From Octopus bimaculoides (Eukaryota): a DNA stretch of 64,000 nt. Location: the NCBI RefSeq assembly GCF_001194135.2, contig NC_068999.1:16215320-16279319 (forward strand), in the 5' to 3' direction. Shown here piece after piece: positions 25,288 through 37,495 of this stretch. The translations under genes and the position numbers were made by a program. The notes under the pieces are model-generated. The model was not told the DNA's origin. It did no database searches and saw only the letters and a list, made by a program, of their open reading frames with translations. Each line of letters starts with the position of its first letter. Position 1 is the first letter of the stretch.

Positions 25288-25404
25288 TTTTTCCATACCT
25301 TCGGGTCAACCAAATCGTTGTGGATAAATATAGAATATATAAAATGCGTGAAGGGAATTAACTCATGCCCGACAGCGGCAAGTATTTACTCTTTTACTCT
25401 TTTA
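25288..25404 (+). repeat. 117-bp direct repeat, copy 1
   Basis: Matches 27463-27579 with 8 transitions. Confidence 0.92.
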
Positions 25405-25761
25405 GTTGCGTCAGTCATTTGACTGCAGCCATGCTGGAGCACCGCCTTTCGTCGAACAAATCGACCCAAGACTCATTCTTTGTAAGCCTAGTAATTATTC
25501 TATCGGTTACTGTTGCCGAACCTCCAAGTTACGGGTACGTAAACATACCAGCATCAGGTGGCAAGTGATGGTGACGGGACAAACACACACACACAAACGA
25601 CAGACTTCTTTGAGTTTCTCTCTACCAAATTCACTCACAAGGCATTGGTCGGCCGGAGGCTATAGTGGAAGATACTTGCCCGAGGTGCCACGCAGTGGGA
25701 CTGAACCCCAGACCGTGTGGTTGGTAAGCAAGCGGTTTACCACACAGCCACTTCTTCGCCT
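25387..25761 (-). mobile_element. SINE family B, full-length copy
   Basis: From the tactcttttactctttt tail to the cacacagccacttcttcgcct head, with all domains present. Confidence 0.93.
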
Positions 25762-26503
25762 ATGCCACCCAGATATATAACGGGAGTGTGTAATGTAGGA
25801 AATGTCAAACGCTAAANNNNNNNNNNNNNNNNNNNNNNNNNNNNNNNNNNNNNNNNNNNNNNNNNNNNNNNNNNNNNNNNNNNNNNNNNNNNNNNNNNNN
25901 NNNNNNNNNNNNNNNNNNNNNNNNNNNNNNNNNNNNNNNNNNNNNNNNNNNNNNNNNNNNNNNNNNNNNNNNNNNNNNNNNNNNNNNNNNNNNNNNNNNN
26001 NNNNNNNNNNNNNNNNNNNNNNNNNNNNNNNNNNNNNNNNNNNNNNNNNNNNNNNNNNNNNNNNNNNNNNNNNNNNNNNNNNNNNNNNNNNNNNNNNNNN
26101 NNNNNNNNNNNNNNNNNNNNNNNNNNNNNNNNNNNNNNNNNNNNNNNNNNNNNNNNNNNNNNNNNNNNNNNNNNNNNNNNNNNNNNNNNNNNNNNNNNNN
26201 NNNNNNNNNNNNNNNNNNNNNNNNNNNNNNNNNNNNNNNNNNNNNNNNNNNNNNNNNNNNNNNNNNNNNNNNNNNNNNNNNNNNNNNNNNNNNNNNNNNN
26301 NNNNNNNNNNNNNNNNNNNNNNNNNNNNNNNNNNNNNNNNNNNNNNNNNNNNNNNNNNNNNNNNNNNNNNNNNNNNNNNNNNNNNNNNNNNNNNNNNNNN
26401 NNNNNNNNNNNNNNNNNNNNNNNNNNNNNNNNNNNNNNNNNNNNNNNNNNNNNNNNNNNNNNNNNNNNNNNNNNNNNNNNNNNNNNNNNNNNNNNNNNNN
26501 NNN

Positions 26504-26592
26504 GCGGAATTCGAACTCAGAACGCAGTGGCAGACGAAATACCGCTAAGCATTTCGCCTGGCGTGCTAATGATTCTACCAGCTCGCCGCCTT
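26504..26592 (-). mobile_element. SINE family A head (continues into gap)
   Basis: gcggaattcgaactcagaacg...ccgctaagcatttcgcctggcgtgctaatgattctaccagctcgccgcctt. Confidence 0.9.
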
Positions 26593-26629
26593 TTCCTTCG
26601 GTCAATATTGATAATGTATCTAACGAAAT

Positions 26630-26800
26630 ATCGTTGCATCCCTGGGAAAAATGCTTAGCGGGACTTCTTCCGACTTTACGCCTGGATCGACCTCTGCGTT
26701 TCGTCATTTCGCAGTCGATAAAATAAGTACCAGTCGAGCACTGCGTCGATGTTATCTATTCCCGAATTTGCAGGCCTTGTATAAAAATGTGAAATGAATA
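26630..26800 (+). mobile_element. SINE family A copy, opposite orientation to its neighbour
   Basis: aaatgcttagcggg...gcagtcgataaaataagtaccagtcgagcactgcgtcgat...ggccttgt. Confidence 0.8.
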
Positions 26801-27462
26801 TTGATAATATGTCTTCACATGTATCTTCAGATCGAGACGAAATTGGCAGGCTACTCTCGTCACAATAGTTTCGGTTTTTATTCAACCGAAATAATATCAC
26901 CGTCTCGGACTGACACAGCTTTTATAACAATGCCGTCATTGCTATCAGAAAACAAAGAGCCAGAATAGATATCTCAAGATAACTCGCCCGACAAGCGACT
27001 AATTCCTCTAGGCTACTGCCAAAGGATGGAATGCAAAATTGTCCTTGACGAGATTTGAACACAAAGTGTAGGATGGAACAAGCATGTGAGTTATTCCATC
27101 CAATATTTTAACGACTCAACTAATCCACTGATTATCTGTAAATATGAAGCATTAATAACACCTCCTCACATGCACGCACACATACATGCATCATAAATGT
27201 GGTAATTTTCTTTAACATCACAACGTTAATGAATTGAACATGTGTAAACGATAATTTGATCACTGTTTTTATTTGCACATAAGAAGACAACTATTGGCAT
27301 ATTACGATCTTATTAAGTCTCATCAGCTTAACGTAGTATGCGTATGATTCCTTTGATTAACTGAGAATAGTTTTATATCCGGACAAGCAAGGATTTCAAC
27401 CGGATCTTGAGTAGTGTCATTTTTTATAGATCTACAAATGTTCTAAGAGAAAAACGAACAAC

Positions 27463-27579
27463 TTTTTCCGTACCCTCAGGCCAACCAAATCGTTGTGGAT
27501 AAATATAGAATACATAAAATGTGTGAAGGGAATTAATTCATGCCCGACAGCGGCAAGTATCTACTCTTTTACTCTTTTA
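27463..27579 (+). repeat. 117-bp direct repeat, copy 2
   Basis: Matches 25288-25404 and includes tactcttttactctttta, but no SINE body follows. Confidence 0.92.
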
Positions 27580-27719
27580 TTTCTATCGTTTTTGAATGGG
27601 TTTCCAAAGGTGTTTAGCCAAAACTGTTGAACCTCCAATGGCTATTCTCGATTTACAATGAATTGCAAATGAAAATAATCTCAGGGGAAATAACTCAAAT
27701 GGATGAAGCACATGCTTGC

Positions 27720-28200
27720 AATACTTCAATCCGAATTGACCATAGATGATAAAAGATCTTCCTAATTCTATCTCTCCCCATTTGGTTGACAGATTTTTTA
27801 GTCCTGTTATTTGTTGTTCTTACTGCATTATCCCTTACCCTAATCATAACCCATCTCCTACGAATATTCGTTCCTTGCCCTCTTCTGCCGCCCTTCGACT
27901 CAAAGGCTATGACAATGTAAATTGGGCGATATTCCGGTGCGTAGAATGTGCTTTGGAAGTCTTCTTCTCTCTTTCCTAACGTCTTCTATTTCCTCAAAAC
28001 CAGCTTCTTTCTTTATTTCTTTATTTTTAATGCAATCGTTTCTGGAAACTCCCAGTATTCTCCGGCTGCATTGCAAGCTTACTGCATATGCTGGCTGTAA
28101 TTTATCATGTTTTCCGTGCATACATAGCTGTTGGAATTAGGATGGAGATGTAGTAACGGAACTCAACAGCATTGCTGGCGGATTGTTTGTGCCAACAAAA
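27720..28200 (-). mobile_element. Decayed RTE LINE 3' fragment
   Basis: ILIPTAMYA(R/C)-like segment, then ORF 27900-28121 LQCSRRILGVSRNDCIKNKEIKKEAGFEEIEDVRKERRRL..HILR, matching the RTE C-terminal pattern LRRILGI-x-W-x-D-x-I-x-N-EE...RRLRW-x-GH. Confidence 0.75.
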
Positions 28201-28361
28201 CCATCAACATGTATTTCATCTACCTGAAGTAAGAAAATAAACAACATCCTCGAACATGCCAACTAACTATATTCCTTGCACTACTATCTGCCCAAATTTG
28301 GCTTCATTCCTAATAAAAAGAAATCAATAACTCTTCTATATGAGAAGTTTCACTGCTTTCA

Positions 28362-28364
<3 letters not shown>

Positions 28365-28432
<68 letters not shown>

Positions 28433-28495
28433 TTTCTTCTCTTCTCTTTCTCTCTCTCTTGCCTTGTCTTCTCTTTCTCTCTCTCTCTCTCCTAC
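28365..28495. repeat. (CT)n microsatellite
   Basis: Directly visible. Confidence 0.95.
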
Positions 28496-29099
28496 CTTTA
28501 AACAGACTAGCAAAGATTTAACGGTTTCAAGTTAACTCTTTTCCGGCAATATCCAAATACTTAATTGGATTAACAGAATCAGGATGCTTCATAAAATCTG
28601 ATATTGACTTCAGAATTTCGCATTTTGTTTTAAACAGATGAGAGAAACGAAAGCGGTTCATACCAAGTGCTTAGTGTCTCTCCGGATATTTCTGGCATTA
28701 AACTGATGAGAGAGGTTCCATTACATTATTGTTTTTCTTTTTAATACGACCAGTTATTTCCGTATCTTCATAGATTTAAGCGCATTAGGGAAAACCAAAC
28801 GTGTTCACTCTTTGCAATCGGTATCGAAATCCGGATTTTGTTATCATTAAGAGGATTAGAACATATGCTTACCCAACGTTAACTTCTTATTCAGAATGGT
28901 TAATTCAGAAAAGTTCAGTTAAATTGATTATTCATGGATGTAGAAATAATAATTCTTCCACCAGATTCAATGAAATAAATGAACTACGATGTTATTTTCA
29001 TTGCGCAACAGATCCTATTCATGTTAACATTGACATTGTCTGGTGATTCAGTGGAAGCATTGAATCATATTAAACATGCTTGATTGATTGATTGTCATG

Positions 29100-29325
29100 A
29101 TATAGACAAAGTGAGGGAGCCTTCACACGGTCGATCAACTCTAAAAATAGTATATGAATCGCCCTCAAATTTCACCCACACGTCTTAGAATAGCGCGTTG
29201 GAGAATATTAACTGATATATACACTCTGATTAACATGATTAACATAGCAAGGATGCCTTTGACAATAGATTTACTCGATCAGAATCGTCATAGTCCTTGA
29301 CATAAACATCAACAACGATAGCAAT
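29100..29325 (+). mobile_element. SINE family C copy, (AAC)n-like tail
   Basis: gggagccttcacacggtcgatcaac...aatagt...cgccctcaaatttcaccc...ggatgcctttgacaatagatttactcgatcag...aaacatcaacaac, shared with 23345-23585 and 34720-35000. Confidence 0.6.
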
Positions 29326-29554
29326 ATCAAACACAATGACAGCCGCAGTATCTCATTTATGTAATACCAGTAGCAGTACCCGGTCTTGACCGAGATTACA
29401 AATGCATAACATAGATATAATCATAGAATTTCACAATTAATTTGGACAAATTATGATATCAATTTTCAATTAATTGTCCATAATCAATTCAGTCACAATA
29501 ATTGGATCTATGACTTAGAAAATGGTTTAAAGTGATGTTCATAATATCGGATTA

Positions 29555-29760
29555 AAATGTTGGTACAAGACCAGCAATTTCGAGGTAGGGGATAAGTCGA
29601 TTACATCGACCCCAGTGCTCAGCTGGTATCGACACCGAAAGGATGAAAGGCAAAATCAAGGCCGCGGAATTTGAATTCAGATGGTAAATACGGAGGAAAT
29701 AACACTAAGCAGTATAACCGGCATGCTGATGAGTCTGACTACGCGCTGCCTTATTGATTT
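29555..29760 (-). mobile_element. SINE family A copy
   Basis: ggtacaagaccagcaatttcgagg...gattacatcgaccccagtgc...gatgaaaggcaaa...ggaatttgaattcag...gcatgctgatgagtctg. Confidence 0.88.
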
Positions 29761-29789
29761 TCATAATATTGCACAAATAAATAAAAAAA

Positions 29790-29990
29790 AAAATGAATGC
29801 TTTCTCTTTTATTTGTTTCAATCGTTGGAGTTCCACCATGTTCGCGCACTGTGAGGGAGGATTTTATTCGAACAAATTGGCCGCTGAATATATTATTCTT
29901 CATGTACTTATTATATCAAACGTCAGTACTGAAACTGCTAGATAACGGAGATATAAACAAACTAACAGAGGTTAACAATATGTGATGATG
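29790..29990 (-). mobile_element. Degenerate SINE family B 3' body
   Basis: tttatttgtttcaatcgttgg...ccatgtt...tcgaacaaat follows the family B 3' order. Confidence 0.45.
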
Positions 29991-32691
29991 TGAGACACAC
30001 GCACACACATATTTGAATAGTTCGACCCCTGAACATATTTAAAATTGCACATCAGCCGTTTTATCTTTGACACACAGAGTCTTAACTAAATATAATTTGT
30101 GGCAATATACCGCTCTAAATGATAAACGCTTGTATTTTTCTTTGACCAGAAAAACTCTGCGTTTCAAGAAGGAATATATCTCATATACCCGATCTTCCAT
30201 GAAGTGTTAGAAGGATAAATGAAATAGATCTTCCAATAATATATTAAAATCTAACAAGATGTAAACTACCCTGTGGTTTTATTATTCTGATTTATTTCTT
30301 AACCCAGCAAATTCTGAAACACAGTAAATTCTGTAAGCCAGCAACATATGCAAAAAACAAAAAAAAAAACAACACCTACTTATACGCACACACACATACA
30401 CCTATGTGCCAATGGGTCTGAATGAATATGTTTGTGTGCGCTAATGGTTATGAGTAAATTTCGTCAGTATATATCGGAGGGAAAAACATAAATTAGCGGA
30501 TTTTTACAAACGAAAACCGTGAGATAATTGTTCTGCAACGTGTTAGAAACAATCCCTTATCACGCTTATAATCAAAAACACACTCCACTAGAAAGTTCAC
30601 GTTGGAAACCAGTGACAAATAACCTTATATTTCATCAATTGCAATATACAATATACATACATACATATATATGTGTATGTGTGTGTGTGTGTGTGTGTGT
30701 ATACGCCATGTTCTTTGACAGATTGCATGTGATACATGAATGCCTGCAATATTGTAATAGGTTAAGAGAGACAGCACCACTTAGTATAATTTGTTCGTGA
30801 AATCCATCCAAACACACATCTAGAAAACGCACTAAAAAGTACTGTGAAACATATAAGCCGTGATAATGTGAGAGCAATGATATCATATATATGTACATTT
30901 ATCTATCTATCTATATACATANNNNNNNNNNNNNNNNNNNNNNNNNNNNNNNNNNNNNNNNNNNNNNNNNNNNNNNNNNNNNNNNNNNNNNNNNNNNNNN
31001 NNNNNNNNNNNNNNNNNNNNNNNNNNNNNNNNNNNNNNNNNNNNNNNNNNNNNNNNNNNNNNNNNNNNNNNNNNNNNNNNNNNNNNNNNNNNNNNNNNNN
31101 NNATATATATATATATATATACAGAGAGAGGGAGAGAGAGAGAGAGAGATAGAAGAGGATGTAGAAAGAAAGAAATTAGAAGAAAGCAAGCAAACAAATA
31201 TCTGAGCGACTTCAGCCGAAATCTAAAACCGAGAACTTACATTCCGTTACATTCTGTGAGTCGTGATATAAGCTTACCCTGAGGGCTTTACAACTACACA
31301 TACTTACCATATGCATACACATGTTCACATTCATCTTCTACACATGTAGAGAATAATATGGTGTTAAACACGAGCTATTCGCACAAATGTATTTATTCAG
31401 CCGTTTGCTTTTGCTCACGTATGCATACATACATACATTCATAACTATATACATACATACATCAATACATACACACACACACACATATATATATATATAT
31501 GTACATATACATAAGTTCATATATACATATTTACATACATGTATACATACATGGGCGTGTAGATGTGTGTGTGTAATATGTTACTTGATTGCTTCTATCA
31601 ATGCTTGGCTGTTTAGAACCAAGAAGTAAGCTAAGATTTCAGTACTTCGCAGACCAAGTAATAAACCAAAGAAATTTTCAGACATTCGCATATAATCATT
31701 TAAATGCCACACCTTCGGCAAATACACATATTTACATAGAATCAATCATGTAAGTACGTAGATGTATACACAAAAACACACAAACATACATATGTATTCC
31801 TGAGAGTGCGCGAGTGTATATATGCGTGTATGTGTCTGTGTGTGTGTGTGTGTGTGTATGTGTGTGTGTGTGTACACGTATATACATATGCAATCATTAG
31901 CTTTGAGCGCAAGGAACACCACTACCTGTATCAAATACTATTCTGTACACATTAATATGTATTTGTGTACACTTGCGGTTCCATGCATACATACACACAC
32001 TTGTATGCATATTCGTATGTATATATATATATATATATNNNNNNNNNNNNNNNNNNNNNNNNNNNNNNNNNNNNNNNNNNNNNNNNNNNNNNNNNNNNNN
32101 NNNNNNNNNNNNNNNNNNNNNNNNNNNNNNNNNNNNNNNNNNNNNNNNNNNNNNNNNNNNNNNNNNNNNNNNNNNNNNNNNNNNNNNNNNNNNNNNNNNN
32201 NNNNNNNNNNNNNNNNNNNNNNNNNNNNNNNNNNNNNNNNNNNNNNNNNNNNNNNNNNNNNNNNNNNNNNNNNNNNNNNNNNNNNNNNNNNNNNNNNNNN
32301 NNNNNNNNNNNNNNNNNNNNNNNNNNNNNNNNNNNNNNNNNNNNNNNNNNNNNNNNNNNNNNNNNNNNNNNNNNNNNNNNNNNNNNNNNNNNNNNNNNNN
32401 NNNNNNNNNNNNNNNNNNNNNNNNNNNNNNNNNNNNNNNNNNNNNNNNNNNNNNNNNNNNNNNNNNNNNNNNNNNNNNNNNNNNNNNNNNNNNNNNNNNN
32501 NNNNNNNNNNNNNNNNNNNNNNNNNNNNNNNNNNNNNNNNNNNNNNNNNNNNNNNNNNNNNNNNNNNNNNNNNNNNNNNNNNNNNNNNNNNNNNNNNNNN
32601 NNNNNNNNNNNNNNNNNNNNNNNNNNNNNNNNNNNNNNNNNNNNNNNNNNNNNNNNNNNNNNNNNNNNNNNNNNNNNNNNNNNNNNNNNNN

Positions 32692-32730
<39 letters not shown>

Positions 32731-33439
32731 ATGTGCAGAACTACCTACCTATTTACATACATACGTACGTACAGACACACATTCATACATACCTGCATAC
32801 GTATATCCATACACACATACTTACATGCCTACGCACACCCACACACACACACACTCATTCACAGATACATGCATACGTACATATGTACATAGACGCATAG
32901 TTGCTTGCAGATATAACAAGAATATATTCTGTAGTATTTTCTGCCTCATTTTCAGCGTATACTATTTACAGTTCGTAGAAAGGGGTTGGTGATGTGCGTA
33001 ATAAGTAATGCAAAATCTCTCACAGTAAATCTGCAACGGATATTCTATTCATGCACAGTAACAGATATTCTTTTTCTGATATATTTATTGATTTCTTACA
33101 TTGAACTAGTCAAGAAATTTGTTGGGAAATATTACAGTTGACAGAATCGACCTCTGTATAATACGGCTGGCACTTATATTTTATTGGAGGAAGAAATATA
33201 AAATATATATCAGCGGGATTTCTAAGTAGCCTGAAGGTCAGTGTTGTTAAAAACTCTCTTGGTTCCAAGTGCCAATTTCATATGTATGAGAATACCTGGA
33301 GGCGCTTCAACGCCAAGCAAAACAATGATTCTCAAAATTTGCTAATACCTAAGCATACAAATGCAAATATGCACTGGTAACAAAGTTTTATATATAGATA
33401 TATATTTCTGTATACATATACATATATGCACACGCACTA

Positions 33440-33481
<42 letters not shown>

Positions 33482-33492
33482 NNNNNNNNNNN

Positions 33493-33550
<58 letters not shown>

Positions 33551-33604
33551 AAAGACAAAAATCATCTATAGTTTCGAACTGAAGTTAATCTCATCGATCA
33601 TATG

Positions 33605-33730
33605 TAGAGGTGCAGAAATGGCTTTATCGTTAAGAAGTTCGATTCACAACAGCTTGGTTTTGGCTTTAGTCCCCCCAGAGGCCATTTGGGCAAGTCTCTT
33701 AGCGAACACAATCTATGGTAAAAGAACTAT
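33605..33730 (+). mobile_element. Degenerate SINE family B head
   Basis: ggtgcagaaatggct...taagaagttcg...cacaac...agtcccc...ttgggcaagtctctt. Confidence 0.55.
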
Positions 33731-34304
33731 GGCAGCTGCAATTATGTCCTCGGGCATGACGTATAAATATACTCGAAAAACCATCGAGACACATTTAGTG
33801 AATCAATGATATGATATATAAGGATACTTGAACAACAAGTCAGTCTCCGAAAAATTTCATGCGTTAGTCGGAATAGCGAATAGTCGGAATAGTCGGAATA
33901 GCTCATACAATGAAAGACAAATGTAATGTTTGGCTACCTTAGTAATGCAAAAGGATCGTTTCAAAGCACAACCATGTTTGCGTAAATTGTTGTCGTCGTT
34001 GCTGTTTAAGCAAGTTCAGCTTTCATCAAACGGAACTTTGACGATGAAAATTTTAGTCCTGACTGTTCAGTTTTTTTTTCAGAGGTATTCGAACTCACAG
34101 TACACATCATTAAGTCGTTATATTTTATCTGTTACATGCTTCAACAATTGGACTACTGGCATCTTGCATTACCGTCTTAACAACAACCAACGAGGGAACA
34201 CTTGAAGAACATGGATTTTCTATGTTATAGACAGCAATCGATGGAACAGGCTCTATTTTAAAAATATTCCTATCGGGTCTCATTCAACTTTGTGTGTGTA
34301 GGTG

Positions 34305-34349
<45 letters not shown>

Positions 34350-34479
34350 CTGTGTGTGTATGTTAGTGTGTGTGTGTACACATGTTATATTTTATTATTT
34401 TATGCACACACACATAAACGGAGAGAGTTTGCAGTAATTTTACTTAGGAAATCGCACTCACGTTGGACTAGTAGGAGAC

Positions 34480-34570
34480 GTTTGACGCATATACCATGCA
34501 GTGGAACAAAACCCCACAAAAAATTGCTGTGAAGGTTAAACTAAATTCTTAGCCACACAGTCACACCTGC
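34480..34570 (-). mobile_element. Degenerate SINE family B head
   Basis: accatgcagtggaacaaaaccc...agccacacagtcacacctgc. Confidence 0.5.
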
Positions 34571-34719
34571 AACAATATAATACATTAGATTCCTTTTGAT
34601 TAAGCAAAATACGGCCATGTACTTTCGTAGCGATGAAATCAGCAGCATACGAGAATTAATTTTAGCTGAATGACGGAAAAGCCTTGTGGGCATACATTGC
34701 CGGGAGCATATTTCTTACT

Positions 34720-35000
34720 CTGTGGTGATAGTATCAGTTACTTTCATAACTTCGCTGATTTAATCCCTTGATATCAAGTGGAGGAAAAAACAGAAAAATT
34801 AACAAATGATCTATACTTTCTCGACTTGCTAAAGATAGCAGTAAAGTCTTACTCAAATGTGTATACTTTGTCTTGATTTAAGGAAAGACTTTTTGGAAAA
34901 TATAGCTCCTGATAAACAATATGACAAGGTGGTCATGGCTGGAATGCTTCTAGCCAGTGACTTACAAATACAGGGGGGCTAAACGATAGCAACAACCAAC
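34720..35000 (+). mobile_element. SINE family C copy
   Basis: ctcgacttgctaaagatagcag...ggtggtcatggctggaatgcttc...gggggctaaacgatagcaacaac. Confidence 0.65.
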
Positions 35001-35059
35001 GAGAGAACCCTTGAAGAACATGGGTCTTCTACTTGTTATAGACAGCAATTAAATCGCCT

Positions 35060-35225
35060 TTCAGATTAAACTCTTGAAAGGGCACAAACACATCGAACTC
35101 TGCTGTACCAAATGCTCGGCTATTAAGAAAGACTAAGAATATAGTCATAACTGGAATATCGATATGAAATTGTCTCATCGACCAGAAAGCACTCCAGGCT
35201 AAACGATAAACGAATAACAACGGGA
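35060..35225 (+). mobile_element. SINE family C 3' part
   Basis: atagtcataactggaatatc...ctcatcgaccag...ccaggctaaacgataaacgaataacaac. Confidence 0.55.
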
Positions 35226-35284
35226 GCTATAAGGTATGTATGTGGCTATTTGGATCCTTGTCAGACTTTATGCATTAGAAATCG

Positions 35285-35690
35285 TGTTAAAGGCGATCCA
35301 GCCTGAACAATCTCTTCCTTTATACAATGTATCTAAGACTACAATATAAAATATGTACTGCATTTCCATTGAGACGGAACGATTCTTACTCGAGAGACAT
35401 CACGTTGTTATATAAGGATGGGTAAATATTCAGAAATATTCTCTCTCATGGACTAAAATGCTTTATTATTCTTGACGCTTTTTTTCTGAAACCAGTTTAG
35501 TTTTGAGTATGCATTGCTATGACCAGATACATACCAGGTGTCGCGAGCAGGTCTATATTTTCCTATATATCCTCCAAACTGAAAACACACTACCCATAGA
35601 ATTCTTTTTCCAAACTGATCATTGTGATTTGAGGAGAGAAGTGGCGGGTGATTCTAAATCGCAGAATACAGAATTTATGAATGTCTGTCA
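35285..35690 (-). mobile_element. SINE family C sequence on the minus strand (one or two decayed copies)
   Basis: Reverse complement has attgtagtcttagatacattg...gttcaggctggatcgcctt (35285-35420) and gatttagaatcacccgccacttctctcctcaaatcac (35620-35670). Confidence 0.5.
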
Positions 35691-35859
35691 TTATCAACTG
35701 AACAATTCTCCAATACTTACATAACGGTTCAGTTATATTTTCTATACTGAACAACGTTAAACAAATACAATGCACACACATATATAAACACACATATGTT
35801 CATACAGAGGCACACAGGTTTATATGTGCATCTATCTATCTAACTATCTATCTTTCTGC

Positions 35860-35890
<31 letters not shown>

Positions 35891-36059
35891 CCTTCCTGCC
35901 TGCCTCCCTATCTATCTATCTATCTATCTATCTATATATANNNNNNNNNNNNNNNNNNNNNNNNNNNNNNNNNATAATATATATGTGTGTGTGTGTGAGT
36001 GTGTGAGTAAGATCACTAATTTTGGGGAATTGGTTTAGTGCCACATATATAGTTAAATA

Positions 36060-36180
36060 GAGTCGATTAAATCACGTTTATTATAGAGCAAGCGTGTTGA
36101 TAGAAAAAAAAGTCCAAAGAACGAAAGATAAGGTTCTTGGAAAATTCGAACTCAGAAACTAAGGATAAGCGCAGATAAGG
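36060..36180 (-). mobile_element. Degenerate SINE family A fragment
   Basis: agtcgattaaatc...ggaaaattcgaactcagaa. Confidence 0.5.
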
Positions 36181-36330
36181 CCCTGCAGTTGAGATCTTTG
36201 TATCAAAAGTTGGGTTGCGGATTTGATAATACTATATGATATCGTGACCAACAATATCCTGCTGTACCCTCAGCTTGACAAATAATTTATAAGTGGAATT
36301 CAGTAATTAAAGGCTATTCAGAAGTCCGAG

Positions 36331-36365
<35 letters not shown>

Positions 36366-37282
36366 CATACACACTTGTTTTTGTGTTTGTGTGCGTGCGT
36401 GCGTGTGTGCGCGCGCGTGTAGGCAAATATAGTTATATCATATAAAATACAACGTAAAATTTAGATTTATAAAAAGTACTTTTTCTGTTTATAATTACGA
36501 AATGGAAATTGAGATCAGTTCCAGATGGTAAGGTGAGATAATCTCAAGACTCAAGAATTCTCTGAGGTTAATACACCATTATGTATCAGAACCGTCTCGT
36601 TGCTAATTCGCTTTCGTAACACGTGATTTTATCTCAATGTCATCATCAGCACATTATACCATTTATAGCCGAGGTAATTTTCAGAATTTAGACAAAAATG
36701 AGCGGGCAAAAACAACTCAGAATTACTAAAGTTCATCTTATTTAAATTATACCAATTGTAATATGTGCAATTTAATGCGATAAAAATAAAGCATATTTTG
36801 TTGAATATCACTGCTATCTAGGAAGGATAGATTGCAAGGTAGAGATAACATAACAAAAATAACTGAAAATTTTGTTTTGGAAAATAAAAGAATTAAAACA
36901 TTGAGCAGAGAATGAGAGGAGGAAAGTTAGAAAAGACAACACCTGAAATACCTTGCTATAGATTTTTCTATTTTGAAAATTATATTCCCCTGCAGCGAAC
37001 AGATCACAAATGTTCTACTATTGCTGCAAAAGTTATAATCTGTGATCTGTAGAGATCTAAAGGCGATGTGATTAAAACCATTGAAACCAAGAACACATTG
37101 CAGTAAAAAATGAAATCTCTCAAAAAACATATAAAGCTGTATTTAAAAGGAAAAATAATAACAACACAGTGTGAGTTTTAATTGTTGTTTCTTACAAGTA
37201 GTGTAATAAGTAGTACTCATGTTGGATTATCTGAGTACACAGTAATTACTTATATGAATTCTTGCTAGTGTTGACTCAACTA

Positions 37283-37495
37283 CAGTGATCCCTCACCATA
37301 CCGCGGTTCACTTATCGCGCACTCAGTACATCGCGGGTTTTTCTGGCTAATTTATGTAAATTTATATCGCGAACTCCTCATTATATCACGGCCTCAGTAT
37401 TTCCGCGGCCGAAAGGTATTTATATCTTTCTAGATTTAAATTATTCGTGTGGAAGGTTTTGGAACGTAACACCAGCGATAGTCAAGGGATTACTG
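37283..37495. mobile_element. Tigger/pogo-like MITE (213 bp) with TA target-site duplication
   Basis: TA|CAGTGATCCCTCACCATACCGCGG...CCAGCGATAGTCAAGGGATTACTG|TA. The termini are imperfect inverted repeats beginning CAGT, typical of Tc1/mariner-pogo MITEs. Confidence 0.85.

Noticed and set aside
33214-33376. 55-codon open exon candidate (GFLSSLKVSVVKNSLGSKCQFHMYENTWRRF...)
   Set aside because: The acceptor lacks a pyrimidine tract, I recognise no homology, and open stretches this long are expected by chance.
36996-37050. MFYYCCKSYNL* resembling a Ly6 CCxxxxCN terminus
   Set aside because: The final Cys-Asn is absent (stop codon instead) and I found no other Ly6 exons.
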